From: Candidatus Saccharimonadota bacterium
Lineage (GTDB): Bacteria > Patescibacteriota > Saccharimonadia > Saccharimonadales > Saccharimonadaceae
Reading direction: 5' to 3'
Assembly: GCA_002421785.1 (NCBI GenBank)
Contig: DIRZ01000003.1
Coordinates: forward strand, 404,017-436,016
Length of the DNA stretch: 32,000 bases
A program made the translations under genes and the position numbers. Position 1 is the first letter of the stretch. Each line of letters starts with the position of its first letter. The notes under the pieces are model-generated. The model made no database searches, was not told the DNA's origin, and was given only the letters and a program-made list of their open reading frames with translations. Below, piece by piece: positions 18,039 through 26,112 of this stretch.

Positions 18039-19895
18039 CTAGTGAAGCATCGCCTCCGCTGGAAGCTTCGCGCTTTCCATAACTTTATGTGCTTGATCTT
18101 CTTCGAGTGTTTCTTCCTTCAGGAGTGCGTCCTTGAGCCGTTCGAGCACATCGCGGTTAGCAGTCAGAACCGCTTCGGCGCGCTTACCGGCTTCTTTAAT
18201 GAGCGCTTCGACTTCCCCGTCAATTTGCTGTGCCGTTGCATCGCTGTACGGACGCTCATGAGTCATGCGGTCAAAGACCATTCCGCCGTTGTCTTCGTGG
18301 AATACTTGGTCACGAAGTTCGGTCCCCATACCTTGCTCGATAATCATATCGCGCGCGATTTCAGTTGCTTTGCGAAGGTCGCTTCCTGCGCCGGTCGTGA
18401 TGCCATCAGCACCGTAAATGATTTTTTCAGCAATGCGGCCACCCATCGCGCGAGCGAGGATATCTTTGAACTCATACACGTTGGTGTAGCTTTTGTCTTC
18501 TGGTGGCAAGAACCACGTCACGCCGCCAGTTCCACCGCGGGGAATAATGGTTACCTTGTGAACAGGATCGCTATCCGGGAGCACGTGCCCCACGATTGCG
18601 TGACCGGCTTCATGATACGCAGTCATCTCCTTTTCTTGCTCACTCATCACTTTGGTCTTACGCTCAGGACCAATGGCAACCTTTTCAAAGGCCTCAGTCA
18701 GGTCTTTGTTGGTAATGCGCTTCGCATTGCGACGCGCAGCGATGATGGCGGCTTCGTTGGCAATATTTGCCAGGTCAGCCCCAGAACTTCCCGCGGTCTT
18801 CGCAGCGAGCTTATCCAAATTGACCGTGTCATCGGTCGGCTTGTTCTTGAAGTGCACTTTCAAAATTGCTTCACGGTCTTTGCGCTCAGGAAGCGTAATG
18901 TTAGTTCGGCGGTCAAAGCGACCGGGACGTAGCAGCGCTGGGTCAAGCACGTCGGCGCGGTTTGTCGCCGCCAGAACGATTACGTTTGTGCCCGTTTCGA
19001 ATCCATCCATTTCCACCAGAATCTGGTTCAGTGTCTGCTCACGCTCGTCGTGGCCACCGCCCATGCCGCTACCACGCTTTCGTCCAACCGCGTCAATCTC
19101 ATCAATAAAGATGATGGCAGGAGCGTTCTTTTTGGCTTTGGCGAACAAATCACGCACACGACTTGCACCGACACCAACAAACATTTCTACAAACTCTGAA
19201 CCGGAAATGCTGAAGAAGGGAACATTCGCTTCACCGGCAACCGCGCGCGCCAGCATGGTCTTACCTGTACCAGGGTTACCAACAAGCAACACGCCCTTTG
19301 GAATTTTAGCGCCCAGTGTTTCGTACTTTTTAGGATGCTTCAGGAAGTCAACGACTTCTTCAAGGTCTTGCTTGGCGCTATCGTTACCCGCGATATCGGT
19401 GAACGTCACGCGCTCTTTGTCGAGCCCATACAACTTCGCCTTACTCTTACCAAAGCCCATGGCCTGGTTATTCTGGCCTTGCGCCTGGCGCATCATAAAC
19501 ATGAAAAACGCGGCAATCAGGACAACTGGAATAATAATTGAAGCTATGTTCCAAATTGCGCTTCCCGTTTCAGAAGCAGCCGTATCAATTACCTGGGTTT
19601 TTGTGGTATCGATTTTGTTGTCTTTAATCAGGGTACCCACGCCGCCAGCAATATAGGATTTTTGGGTGGCCTTTTCTTGGCCTTTTGGCGTGATTTGCAG
19701 CTCATTACCAGAACCCTGAATCTTCGTTATCTTGCCTTCGTTTGATTGCTGAATTACTTCGCTAATCGGCACGTCTTTTAGCTGCTCTTGCGGCAACGTA
19801 ATAGCTAGCACTGCGAGTGTCGAAACAACGAGGATTGCCCAGAAAAGCCCGAGCCGCAGCGAGTTACTAATGTTGCCTTTTGGTAGTTTCACCAT
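18039..19895 (-). CDS. ftsH: ATP-dependent zinc metalloprotease FtsH
   Basis: Two N-terminal TM helices, AAA+ Walker A GNPGTGKT, Walker [10 protein letters not shown], an SRH region, and HEAGHA zinc-binding protease motif. Confidence 0.96.
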   Translation of the reverse strand: MVKLPKGNISNSLRLGLFWAILVVSTLAVLAITLPQEQLKDVPISEVIQQSNEGKITKIQGSGNELQITPKGQEKATQKSYIAGGVGTLIKDNKIDTTKTQVIDTAASETGSAIWNIASIIIPVVLIAAFFMFMMRQAQGQNNQAMGFGKSKAKLYGLDKERVTFTDIAGNDSAKQDLEEVVDFLKHPKKYETLGAKIPKGVLLVGNPGTGKTMLARAVAGEANVPFFSISGSEFVEMFVGVGASRVRDLFAKAKKNAPAIIFIDEIDAVGRKRGSGMGGGHDEREQTLNQILVEMDGFETGTNVIVLAATNRADVLDPALLRPGRFDRRTNITLPERKDREAILKVHFKNKPTDDTVNLDKLAAKTAGSSGADLANIANEAAIIAARRNAKRITNKDLTEAFEKVAIGPERKTKVMSEQEKEMTAYHEAGHAIVGHVLPDSDPVHKVTIIPRGGTGGVTWFLPPEDKSYTNVYEFKDILARAMGGRIAEKIIYGADGITTGAGSDLRKATEIARDMIIEQGMGTELRDQVFHEDNGGMVFDRMTHERPYSDATAQQIDGEVEALIKEAGKRAEAVLTANRDVLERLKDALLKEETLEEDQAHKVMESAKLPAEAMLH

Positions 19896-19951
19896 GAATG
19901 TTTATCCTTCCTGTCTATATAGTCAGTCTTATCGCAAAATTACTCTAGTAA

Positions 19952-20791
19952 TTATACTACGACTACCGTGAATTTTCGAGCCGTGAAATGAAGTTCGATA
20001 CCTGAGCCAACTTGAAATGATGTTCCCGGCTTGGCGGTTTTTACCGCATGGAGGGCGCGCACCAGCTGTGGCCGAGTCGGGCGTGCCACTCCCGCTTGCT
20101 CAACCATATACCCGAGCAGCTCCAGTGCAGTCCCATCATCAATCTGCGTCAGGAAGTGGCGCGAGCCTATGTGCGCCGCCAACACATGCGCAGATTCGCG
20201 CGCAATATCACGCCGCAACTGCAACTGCCGTGCCCGTAGTGCCATCACCTGCTCTGCCGCGCTCGCGGCCAGCAGGGAAGTCAGCTTGCGCCGAAGTCGG
20301 TTACGGTGGTATGCATCGCTCTGGTTCGTGCTATCTTCTACCCACTCTAGCCGCTCCCTATTTGCATAATCCCGAAGCTGGGATTTTGTAAAAGAGAGTA
20401 GGGGACGATGGATTTCTTCCCTGCCCAACACCGCCAGGCCGCGCCAGCCAGTGCCTCGGGAAATATTAATAGCCACCGTCTCTACTGCGTCGCCGGTATG
20501 ATGCGCTGTCGCAATCGTGGCACCATATTTCGCTGCTTGCTCAGTCAAAAATCCGTATCGCGCTTCCCTAGCCCGTTCCTCACTTGCCCCCGCCCCCAGC
20601 TCAAACCGAGTTGTCACAAAGGGCAGCCGGTAGCGCTTCGCCAATGCTGCCACAAACCGCGCGTCGGCCGCGCTATCTTCCCGAATACCATGGTCGACAT
20701 GCGCCACGACCAACTGGTGGTCGCTTTTGCTCAGCATATCGAGCAGCACCACGCTATCCACCCCGCCACTCACCGCTACGAGGTACTTCAT
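19952..20791 (-). CDS. tilS: tRNA(Ile)-lysidine synthase TilS (short form, 279 aa)
   Basis: PP-loop VAVSGGVDSVVL and N-type ATP-pyrophosphatase core (VAHVDHGIR...ATAHHTGDAVETV). The long C-terminal domain of the E. coli-type enzyme is absent. Confidence 0.85.
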   Translation of the reverse strand: MKYLVAVSGGVDSVVLLDMLSKSDHQLVVAHVDHGIREDSAADARFVAALAKRYRLPFVTTRFELGAGASEERAREARYGFLTEQAAKYGATIATAHHTGDAVETVAINISRGTGWRGLAVLGREEIHRPLLSFTKSQLRDYANRERLEWVEDSTNQSDAYHRNRLRRKLTSLLAASAAEQVMALRARQLQLRRDIARESAHVLAAHIGSRHFLTQIDDGTALELLGYMVEQAGVARPTRPQLVRALHAVKTAKPGTSFQVGSGIELHFTARKFTVVVV

Positions 20792-20965
20792 TTAGCTCAG
20801 TCGCTTACTTACCTTGACGCCTGCCCAAATGCCCAGAGCGCCGCCAACAAGTCCGCCCAAGATTGCCCAACCACTCATCAAATCGTGGTCACCAACCATC
20901 CATGGCAGCAGGCCGCCAAGCGTCATTCCGATACTCATAAAAATCATAATGACTGTTTTATTCAT
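20792..20965 (-). CDS. Small glycine-zipper two-TM membrane protein (57 aa)
   Basis: The track ORF starts at a TTG (21007) that overlaps dinB, so I prefer the ATG at 20965 (MNKTVIMIFMSIGMTLGGLLPW...GWAILGGLVGGALGIWAG). Its stop abuts the tilS ATG. It may be GlsB/YeaQ/YmgE-like, which I cannot verify. Confidence 0.5.
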   Translation of the reverse strand: MNKTVIMIFMSIGMTLGGLLPWMVGDHDLMSGWAILGGLVGGALGIWAGVKVSKRLS

Positions 20966-20971
20966 GTTTTT

Positions 20972-20977
20972 AGTATA
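20972..20977 (-). promoter_or_regulatory. -10 hexamer TATACT 6 nt upstream of the ATG at 20965 (leaderless-type)
   Basis: Minus strand reads GCGCTATACT-AAAAAC-ATG with no SD. Confidence 0.4.
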
Positions 20978-20984
20978 GCGCACC

Positions 20985-22262
20985 CTAGAGGTACCGAGTA
21001 CTGCCAAACGGAATCTTCTGCTTCACATACACGCCCGTTCCCAAGGTGTCGGCACTATGAATCGTCCGATTGCCGTAGCGCTGGTTAATCTCATCAAGCG
21101 CCGTCGTCACCTGCTGCTCACGAACCAGCTCATTACCAAACAGCGAAAGCTGATTACCCATATCATCAGTCAAATGGTAGCAGTGAACCCCAATCTCACG
21201 AATACCACCCGGGGGTACATGAGCAAACAACCGACGCGCGATTGCCCAAATGGCCGCATCGCTATAAAAGGGCAGGGGAGCCAGATATTTTTCGTGCCAA
21301 TAATTCCCCTTGCGTCCCCATCGCCCATTACTTGCACTTCCCTCGGCGTCACCGTACAGGCGAACGTAGATGCCGACGCCTCGAGCGCACTTTTGCTGCG
21401 AACGCAGCTTACTACCCACCGATTCCACCAAATGGTGCAGGCGCTGCGATACCTGCGCTCGGGTCAGCTGACGGCTCTCCAGCACATACTGTCGCCCACA
21501 GGTTTTCAAGTCATATACCACATCGTCGACTTCCCAACCCCGCAGCCGCTGGTGCCACTGGTCACCACAGATGCTTTTGAATACTACGGTGCGAAGGGAA
21601 TACGCGTCCGCATCCAGGAACTGTAGCGGCGTCATGATACCTACCTGCGTAAGGCGATGTTCGTTGCGGCTCGCGATACCCGTCAGGTCTTGCAGCTTAA
21701 GCCGGCCCAGTACCTCGCGTAAATTAGTGTGGTCAATCACATTGAGTCCGTCTGGTTTGTTCAAGCCTGCTGCGGTTTTTGCCAAAAATCGATTTGGTGC
21801 GATGCCAATGTTGCAGCGCATGGCACAACCAATTTCGGTGCGCAGCCGATGCTTAATCTCCTGTGCCACTTCTACCATGTCCCGGTCACGAATCGCCGCC
21901 GAACTTTGGGCAAAATCAATCACTCCTTCGTCGATGCTTTTCATCGTGAAACTAGGGGAGTAGTCCCGCATAATCTCCATGAGCTTGTGGTACACATAGC
22001 GGTATTTTGGCGGATCGCTTTCCAGCCCCACTAGCTGCGGACACAGCCGCTTCGCTTCCTTAAAGCTCATCCCTAGCCTTACGCCCATCGCCTTGGCTTC
22101 ATAACTACACGTAATAATCATGGTATGTTCAGTGCGCCGATTTAAAATCGCCACCGGCCGGTCGCGCAGCATGGGCCGGGCCTGCTGCTCTACTGTTGCA
22201 AAGCAGCTATTCAGGTCAATGTGCATCACCAGTGGGCGAGTGGGGTTGTAGTCTTCCCTCAT
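20985..22262 (-). CDS. dinB: Y-family DNA polymerase (DinB/Pol IV-like)
   Basis: IMS-family N-terminus MHIDLNSCFATVEQ, the catalytic SIDE motif (MKSIDEGVIDF), and palm, fingers and little-finger length consistent at 425 aa. Confidence 0.85.
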   Translation of the reverse strand: MREDYNPTRPLVMHIDLNSCFATVEQQARPMLRDRPVAILNRRTEHTMIITCSYEAKAMGVRLGMSFKEAKRLCPQLVGLESDPPKYRYVYHKLMEIMRDYSPSFTMKSIDEGVIDFAQSSAAIRDRDMVEVAQEIKHRLRTEIGCAMRCNIGIAPNRFLAKTAAGLNKPDGLNVIDHTNLREVLGRLKLQDLTGIASRNEHRLTQVGIMTPLQFLDADAYSLRTVVFKSICGDQWHQRLRGWEVDDVVYDLKTCGRQYVLESRQLTRAQVSQRLHHLVESVGSKLRSQQKCARGVGIYVRLYGDAEGSASNGRWGRKGNYWHEKYLAPLPFYSDAAIWAIARRLFAHVPPGGIREIGVHCYHLTDDMGNQLSLFGNELVREQQVTTALDEINQRYGNRTIHSADTLGTGVYVKQKIPFGSTRYL

Positions 22263-22522
22263 ACCCTATCCGCCTCGAGCGTCAGCAACCAGGTGAGTCG
22301 CTCGCTATCAAATTCCAACCGGTAGTCCGCCCCGCCATCTGTCACATCAAACATGTGGACCATGCGTCGGCCAGCAGTAGTAGGGTGGCACAGCCCAATT
22401 TCGGTAATGTCGACTTCCCTGCCGCTGGCGCGCCTAAATTTCACTGGTTTACACGGGTTCAGCCCCTCGCTAAACACCGCGACTACTTCAACCCGTTCGT
22501 TTAAAAAAAGTTCATCATTCAT
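22259..22522 (-). CDS. Small hypothetical protein (87 aa) translationally coupled to dinB
   Basis: Its stop overlaps the dinB start in ATGA (22259-22262). The track ORF begins at a TTG (22600). The ATG at 22522 (MNDELFLNERVEVV...) has GGGGA 9 nt upstream. No family recognised. Confidence 0.5.
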   Translation of the reverse strand: MNDELFLNERVEVVAVFSEGLNPCKPVKFRRASGREVDITEIGLCHPTTAGRRMVHMFDVTDGGADYRLEFDSERLTWLLTLEADRV

Positions 22523-22702
22523 TTCAAAATATCCCCAACTAAGTATTAGAGAAACGGTTGATTGAAATGTGTTGCCCGTCCCCTTGCCCGTTTCTAGCAA
22601 TTCGTCCGTAAAACAACTGATGATCCACTAGCGAGGGACGCTTGCTCGCGAGGCGAGTAGTGAGTATCACTGGGAGTTATGTATAGTATATACCAATGCG
22701 CG

Positions 22703-23290
22703 TTAACGCTCTACGGGCTCAGCGTGAATACCAATCATTGAAAGCATTTCAGCCAGTACAGTAGTTGTCAAACCTACAACAGTGTCGTAACGACCGCTAT
22801 AGCCCGCAATCAAAGGCGCGGCGCCGCTCTGGATACCGTAGGCCCCCGCTTTGTCCATACAGTCGCCCGTCGCCACATAGTCGCGAATTGCCTGCTCGTC
22901 GTACGGATTGAAGGTCACTTTGGTTGTGTCGCTATCGACAAGATGAATCCCCTCATCCAGACAGATGACTGCAATACCTGTGGTAACTTCGTGAGTTTTG
23001 CCAGCCAAAAGTGTCAGCATTTCGACTGCATTTTCAGGTGAAGTAGGCTTTTCGAGCTGCTTGCCGTCTATGCTCACAATCGTATCCGCCCCTATCACCG
23101 TCGCCGCGGGAAATTCACGGGCGATCGCCATCGCCTTGCCAGCGGCCAGTTCTTCAGCCACGTCAGCCGGCTCGCGTGCATTATTGAGTTGCTCGTCAAA
23201 ATTGCTCGGCATTACGTCGAACACGATGCCCATTTCGGTCAAAAGTTCTTGCCTACGAGGGGACTGGCTTGCCAGAATAATTTTTGCCAT
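22703..23290 (-). CDS. maf: Maf-like nucleoside triphosphate pyrophosphatase
   Basis: IILASQSPRRQELL, GADTIV and DKAGAYGIQ motifs. 195 aa. Confidence 0.88.
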   Translation of the reverse strand: MAKIILASQSPRRQELLTEMGIVFDVMPSNFDEQLNNAREPADVAEELAAGKAMAIAREFPAATVIGADTIVSIDGKQLEKPTSPENAVEMLTLLAGKTHEVTTGIAVICLDEGIHLVDSDTTKVTFNPYDEQAIRDYVATGDCMDKAGAYGIQSGAAPLIAGYSGRYDTVVGLTTTVLAEMLSMIGIHAEPVER

Positions 23291-23366
23291 GCACCCATTC
23301 TATCAAATGACAGGCCCGCCCCTCTAGAAATTGCCACCCGCCTCTGCTATAATTGCGTAGTTATAT

Positions 23367-23443
23367 GGCACCGTAGCTCAGCTGGTTAGAGCGCAGGACT
23401 CATAAGCCTGAGGTCACAAGTTCAATCCTTGTCGGTGCTACCA
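23367..23443 (+). tRNA. tRNA with CAU anticodon (elongator Met, or Ile2 if lysidinylated)
   Basis: 77-nt cloverleaf folded by hand:
- Acceptor GGCACCG/CGGTGCT (G1:U72).
- D arm GCTC-AGCTGGTTA-GAGC.
- Anticodon loop CTCATAA.
- Variable loop AGGTC.
- T arm ACAAG-TTCAATC-CTTGT.
- Discriminator A and an encoded CCA.
There is no C1:A72 mismatch or GGG/CCC anticodon stem, so it is not an initiator. TATAAT lies at 23348-23353 upstream. Confidence 0.85.
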
Positions 23444-23451
23444 CGAAAGAA

Positions 23452-23474
23452 CCCCACCTAGCGTGGGGCTTTTT
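23452..23474 (+). terminator. Bidirectional hairpin terminator after the tRNA, shared with the convergent 23458-24549 gene
   Basis: CCCCAC-CTAGC-GTGGGG followed by CTTTTT. The stop codon of the convergent minus-strand gene sits in the loop. Confidence 0.6.
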
Positions 23475-24549
23475 CGTGGCTTGGGGTACGATTGCGGCGC
23501 ACTAGCCACCAAATTAGCAGACAAATCCCGACAAGCACACTACTCCCCACTACGAACACCATGAATAACACCACCAGTCCCACGAGCAATGTGGGCAGGC
23601 CGTCGTCAGGCACCTCTTGGCCTGGATTATCAGGCACCACGGTGCTTTGGGGTTCGGGCGCCAACTCTGCCTGCGCAACGCCGGAATGAATTTTCGCAAA
23701 ATATTCATCATCCATTTGTGGCACCACGGCGCGAATCACCTGTTTGTAATACGCCAGTTTGTTGGCAAGTATCACATCGGTTTTTGCCCACTCTGCAAGC
23801 TGGGCGTACCCAGCAGTCGTAAACATGTAGCCGTATAGCTCGGCTTTGTCCTCCTCCATCCCAGAGGTAGCATAGCCCGTGACAAACCCAGGCGTCGGGT
23901 GCACGCCCGTCAGGCAGGTATTCCCCTCCTCATAACACGTTCCGCCGCCGCCGCCATAGCTAAACTCTGCAGGATTAAGCGCGGCCCAGCGAGCGTCGTG
24001 GTGATACACGTCACCGTAGTACGACGCTTCAAAATAATGAGCATACTCATGGTGAATCACGTGTCGCATATAGGCTTCATCGTAACTATACGAAATATCA
24101 TAAATCATGGCGCGCAAGTAGTTCATGGGAGCGGCGGCTCGTGCCTGCGACGTGCCGTTATAGCGGTACTCATACTTGTTTATCAGGTTAATCGTTTGCA
24201 GGTCTGTTGCCCTGGTCCACTCTGGTGGATACTTGGCCCACTCTTCTACAAACATCACCGCCATGCGCTTATACGTCGGCAGGTCACCCGGCACAATACT
24301 TTGGCAGGTAAACGCGGCGTCCTGCATGCACGTCGTCGTGAGTTTCAGCGAATATTGGTCAAGCAACGACTGTACGCTGCTCGTGACTTCCTGTACGGTA
24401 GTCGCCTGGTTGATACCAGCGGTCAACTGCTGGACATCTGCCAACCGATAAATCGGCGGCGTCGACATAGCCAACGCGGGCATCGTAAAACCAGCTAGGC
24501 AGCATAACGCCGATAGGAACAAACCAGTGAAGCCACGATAAAACTGCAT
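23458..24549 (-). CDS. Exported zincin-like metallopeptidase with C-terminal membrane anchor
   Basis: N-terminal signal peptide (FLSALCCLAGFTMPALA). HExxH motif (HHEYAH) with a downstream Glu-rich helix (MEEDKAELYGY), as in gluzincins. A C-terminal TM helix is followed by a basic tail (LIWWLVRRNR). Confidence 0.65.
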   Translation of the reverse strand: MQFYRGFTGLFLSALCCLAGFTMPALAMSTPPIYRLADVQQLTAGINQATTVQEVTSSVQSLLDQYSLKLTTTCMQDAAFTCQSIVPGDLPTYKRMAVMFVEEWAKYPPEWTRATDLQTINLINKYEYRYNGTSQARAAAPMNYLRAMIYDISYSYDEAYMRHVIHHEYAHYFEASYYGDVYHHDARWAALNPAEFSYGGGGGTCYEEGNTCLTGVHPTPGFVTGYATSGMEEDKAELYGYMFTTAGYAQLAEWAKTDVILANKLAYYKQVIRAVVPQMDDEYFAKIHSGVAQAELAPEPQSTVVPDNPGQEVPDDGLPTLLVGLVVLFMVFVVGSSVLVGICLLIWWLVRRNRTPSHEKAPR

Positions 24550-24593
24550 CTGCTATCAGTGTAGCAGATGCAGTAATGACGGTAGAGAGTGGT

Positions 24594-24989
24594 CTACACG
24601 TCGCGGGCGCTATTGAGCGTAAAAAGCTTAGAAACACCCCAGCCAATCAACGCATACACGGCGACTGCAACGAGCGAGCTAACTTCCAACACTGATTGCC
24701 CATAGGCGGGCTGGTAGCTAAAGATGCCATAGAATGGCCATGCGAATACACCGCTCAGGGCATATACGAAGCCGACGAACGCGTTGTTGTCGTTCGCACC
24801 GAGCAGCAGCAAGACCAGGCGCAGCACGAGCAGCACAATGATAAATCCGACGATGTACCACACCACGCGGCTGGCGACAACGCGACCATCAGCCTGAGTC
24901 GTCTGGGCAACCGTTTGTCGCTGAACATTCGTGGCGCCTTCTTGCACATTTGTTTCACGAACTTCAGTTGTTTGTCGTTCTTGGTCCAT
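24594..24989 (-). CDS. YggT-like small membrane protein
   Basis: An N-terminal polar region is followed by VVWYIVGFIIVLLVLRLVLLLLGAN...FVYALSGVFAWPFYGIF and a second helix, a pattern typical of the YGGT family. SD TAGGAGA upstream. Confidence 0.5.
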   Translation of the reverse strand: MDQERQTTEVRETNVQEGATNVQRQTVAQTTQADGRVVASRVVWYIVGFIIVLLVLRLVLLLLGANDNNAFVGFVYALSGVFAWPFYGIFSYQPAYGQSVLEVSSLVAVAVYALIGWGVSKLFTLNSARDV

Positions 24990-25081
24990 ATCAGTGAATC
25001 TCCTATTGATTTAGTGAATATCCTCAGTATAGGAGCGCTGCGTGAGCGGTGATGGGATAATTATCACAGTTTCACTGGGTT

Positions 25082-25222
25082 CTAGAGGTCAAATTCTTCA
25101 ACATCAAGTGCTTCGTCGTGTCGGTTCACAAAAGCACGCAACTCAACGGTTGATCGGGGACGGCTCCAGGTAGCGAGTGTCAAAGAATCATTGAGTGTGT
25201 TTTGTTCGGCGATGGCTTCCAT
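25082..25222 (-). CDS. Possible small ORF (46 aa), unknown function
   Basis: Below the ORF-track threshold. My translation is MEAIAEQNTLNDSLTLATWSRPRSTVELRAFVNRHDEALDVEEFDL. AAGGA lies 9 nt upstream of the ATG. Otherwise this would be a roughly 400-nt gap without a gene. No homology recognised. Confidence 0.25.
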   Translation of the reverse strand: MEAIAEQNTLNDSLTLATWSRPRSTVELRAFVNRHDEALDVEEFDL

Positions 25223-25328
25223 TTTTTTGTGTCCTTGTTTGCATTTTTTTGTTTTTATGAACTTATGTACTTAATATAGCATATGTTTGCATAAAAAGCA
25301 ATAGCTTTATGTAAGATTGCTTTCCTTT

Positions 25329-25359
25329 TTGACATTTTTGAGCCGCTTATGGTATAAAT
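25329..25359 (+). promoter_or_regulatory. Strong sigma-70-type promoter for the 25387 operon
   Basis: TTGACA (25329-25334), an 18-nt spacer ending in TGG (extended -10 TGn), then TATAAAT (25353-25359). Confidence 0.55.
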
Positions 25360-25386
25360 AACAGCAGAGGATAGCAAAACATAAAC

Positions 25387-26112
25387 ATGGACTACCCCAC
25401 TATATTCGGGATTATCGGACTGGCCGCACTGATTCATGCCAGCTTTCAGCTGAGCATCAGCATGGTAACACTTCTCAGCGGCCATAGCCTCGGCAGCAAA
25501 GCCAAGGCAAGCCGCGCGCTTCACTTAGCGGGCGCTTTTTTTGCTGGCGTCGTCGTCATGACCATGCTGTTCGTTTCGTTCCTGGCGTACCTTGCTACAC
25601 AACTGTTCCCTCACTCCGTACCCGCGCTTGCATGGTCAGCAGTGGCAGGTATCTCCATCGGTCTCGGCGTCGCAGTGTGGGCATTTTACTACCGCCGCAC
25701 CAAAGTTGGAACGACCCTGTGGATACCACGGCCAATGGCCAGGTTCCTGAGTGAGCGCACGAAAGCCACGACGTTTGGCGCAGAAAGCTTCAGCCTTGGG
25801 CTGGTAAGCGTCATCGCCGAGGGAATCTTTATCATCGCGCCTGCCAGCGCGGCCGCACTTGCCCTCACCCAGCTGCCCGCCCCCCTGCAACTTGTAGGTA
25901 TCGCCCTGTATACCGGTGTCGCGTCACTCGGCATCCTGGTGGTCATCATGCTCATTGGTGGCGGGCACAAGCTCAGCCGTATTCAAAAATGGCGCGAAGA
26001 CAACAAACGATTCATGCAATTCGCTGCCGGAAGCGCCCTACTGGTGCTCGGGTTTTACATGTATGTCAATGAAGTAGTGGCAGCCGTGACTACTGTTACC
26101 GGGGGCCTATAG
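25387..26112 (+). CDS. Six-TM integral membrane protein, family not recognised
   Basis: 241 aa with about six hydrophobic helices. It is the first gene of a plus-strand block, and its stop overlaps the next start by 1 nt. Confidence 0.6.
   Translation: MDYPTIFGIIGLAALIHASFQLSISMVTLLSGHSLGSKAKASRALHLAGAFFAGVVVMTMLFVSFLAYLATQLFPHSVPALAWSAVAGISIGLGVAVWAFYYRRTKVGTTLWIPRPMARFLSERTKATTFGAESFSLGLVSVIAEGIFIIAPASAAALALTQLPAPLQLVGIALYTGVASLGILVVIMLIGGGHKLSRIQKWREDNKRFMQFAAGSALLVLGFYMYVNEVVAAVTTVTGGL

Noticed and set aside
18027-21626. Long plus-strand ORFs (18027-18932, 18652-19656, 20017-20391, 20408-21088, 21057-21626) opposite ftsH, tilS and dinB.
   Set aside because: They are antisense shadows of well-supported genes. 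Several start with TTG or GTG and have Arg/Pro/Ser-rich composition typical of the reverse frames of GC-rich coding DNA.
22678-22695. TATGTATAGTATATACCA upstream of the dinB operon, resembling an E. coli-type SOS box (CTGT-N8-ACAG).
   Set aside because: It has TGT but lacks the symmetric ACA/ACAG half at the required spacing, and no GAAC-N4-GTTC type box is present either. The TATACT within it is better explained as the -10 element.
23584-23598. LPTLL just before the C-terminal TM helix and basic tail of the zincin-like protein, as a possible sortase LPxTG sorting signal.
   Set aside because: The motif lacks the conserved Thr-Gly at positions 4-5. A plain C-terminal membrane anchor is the simpler reading.
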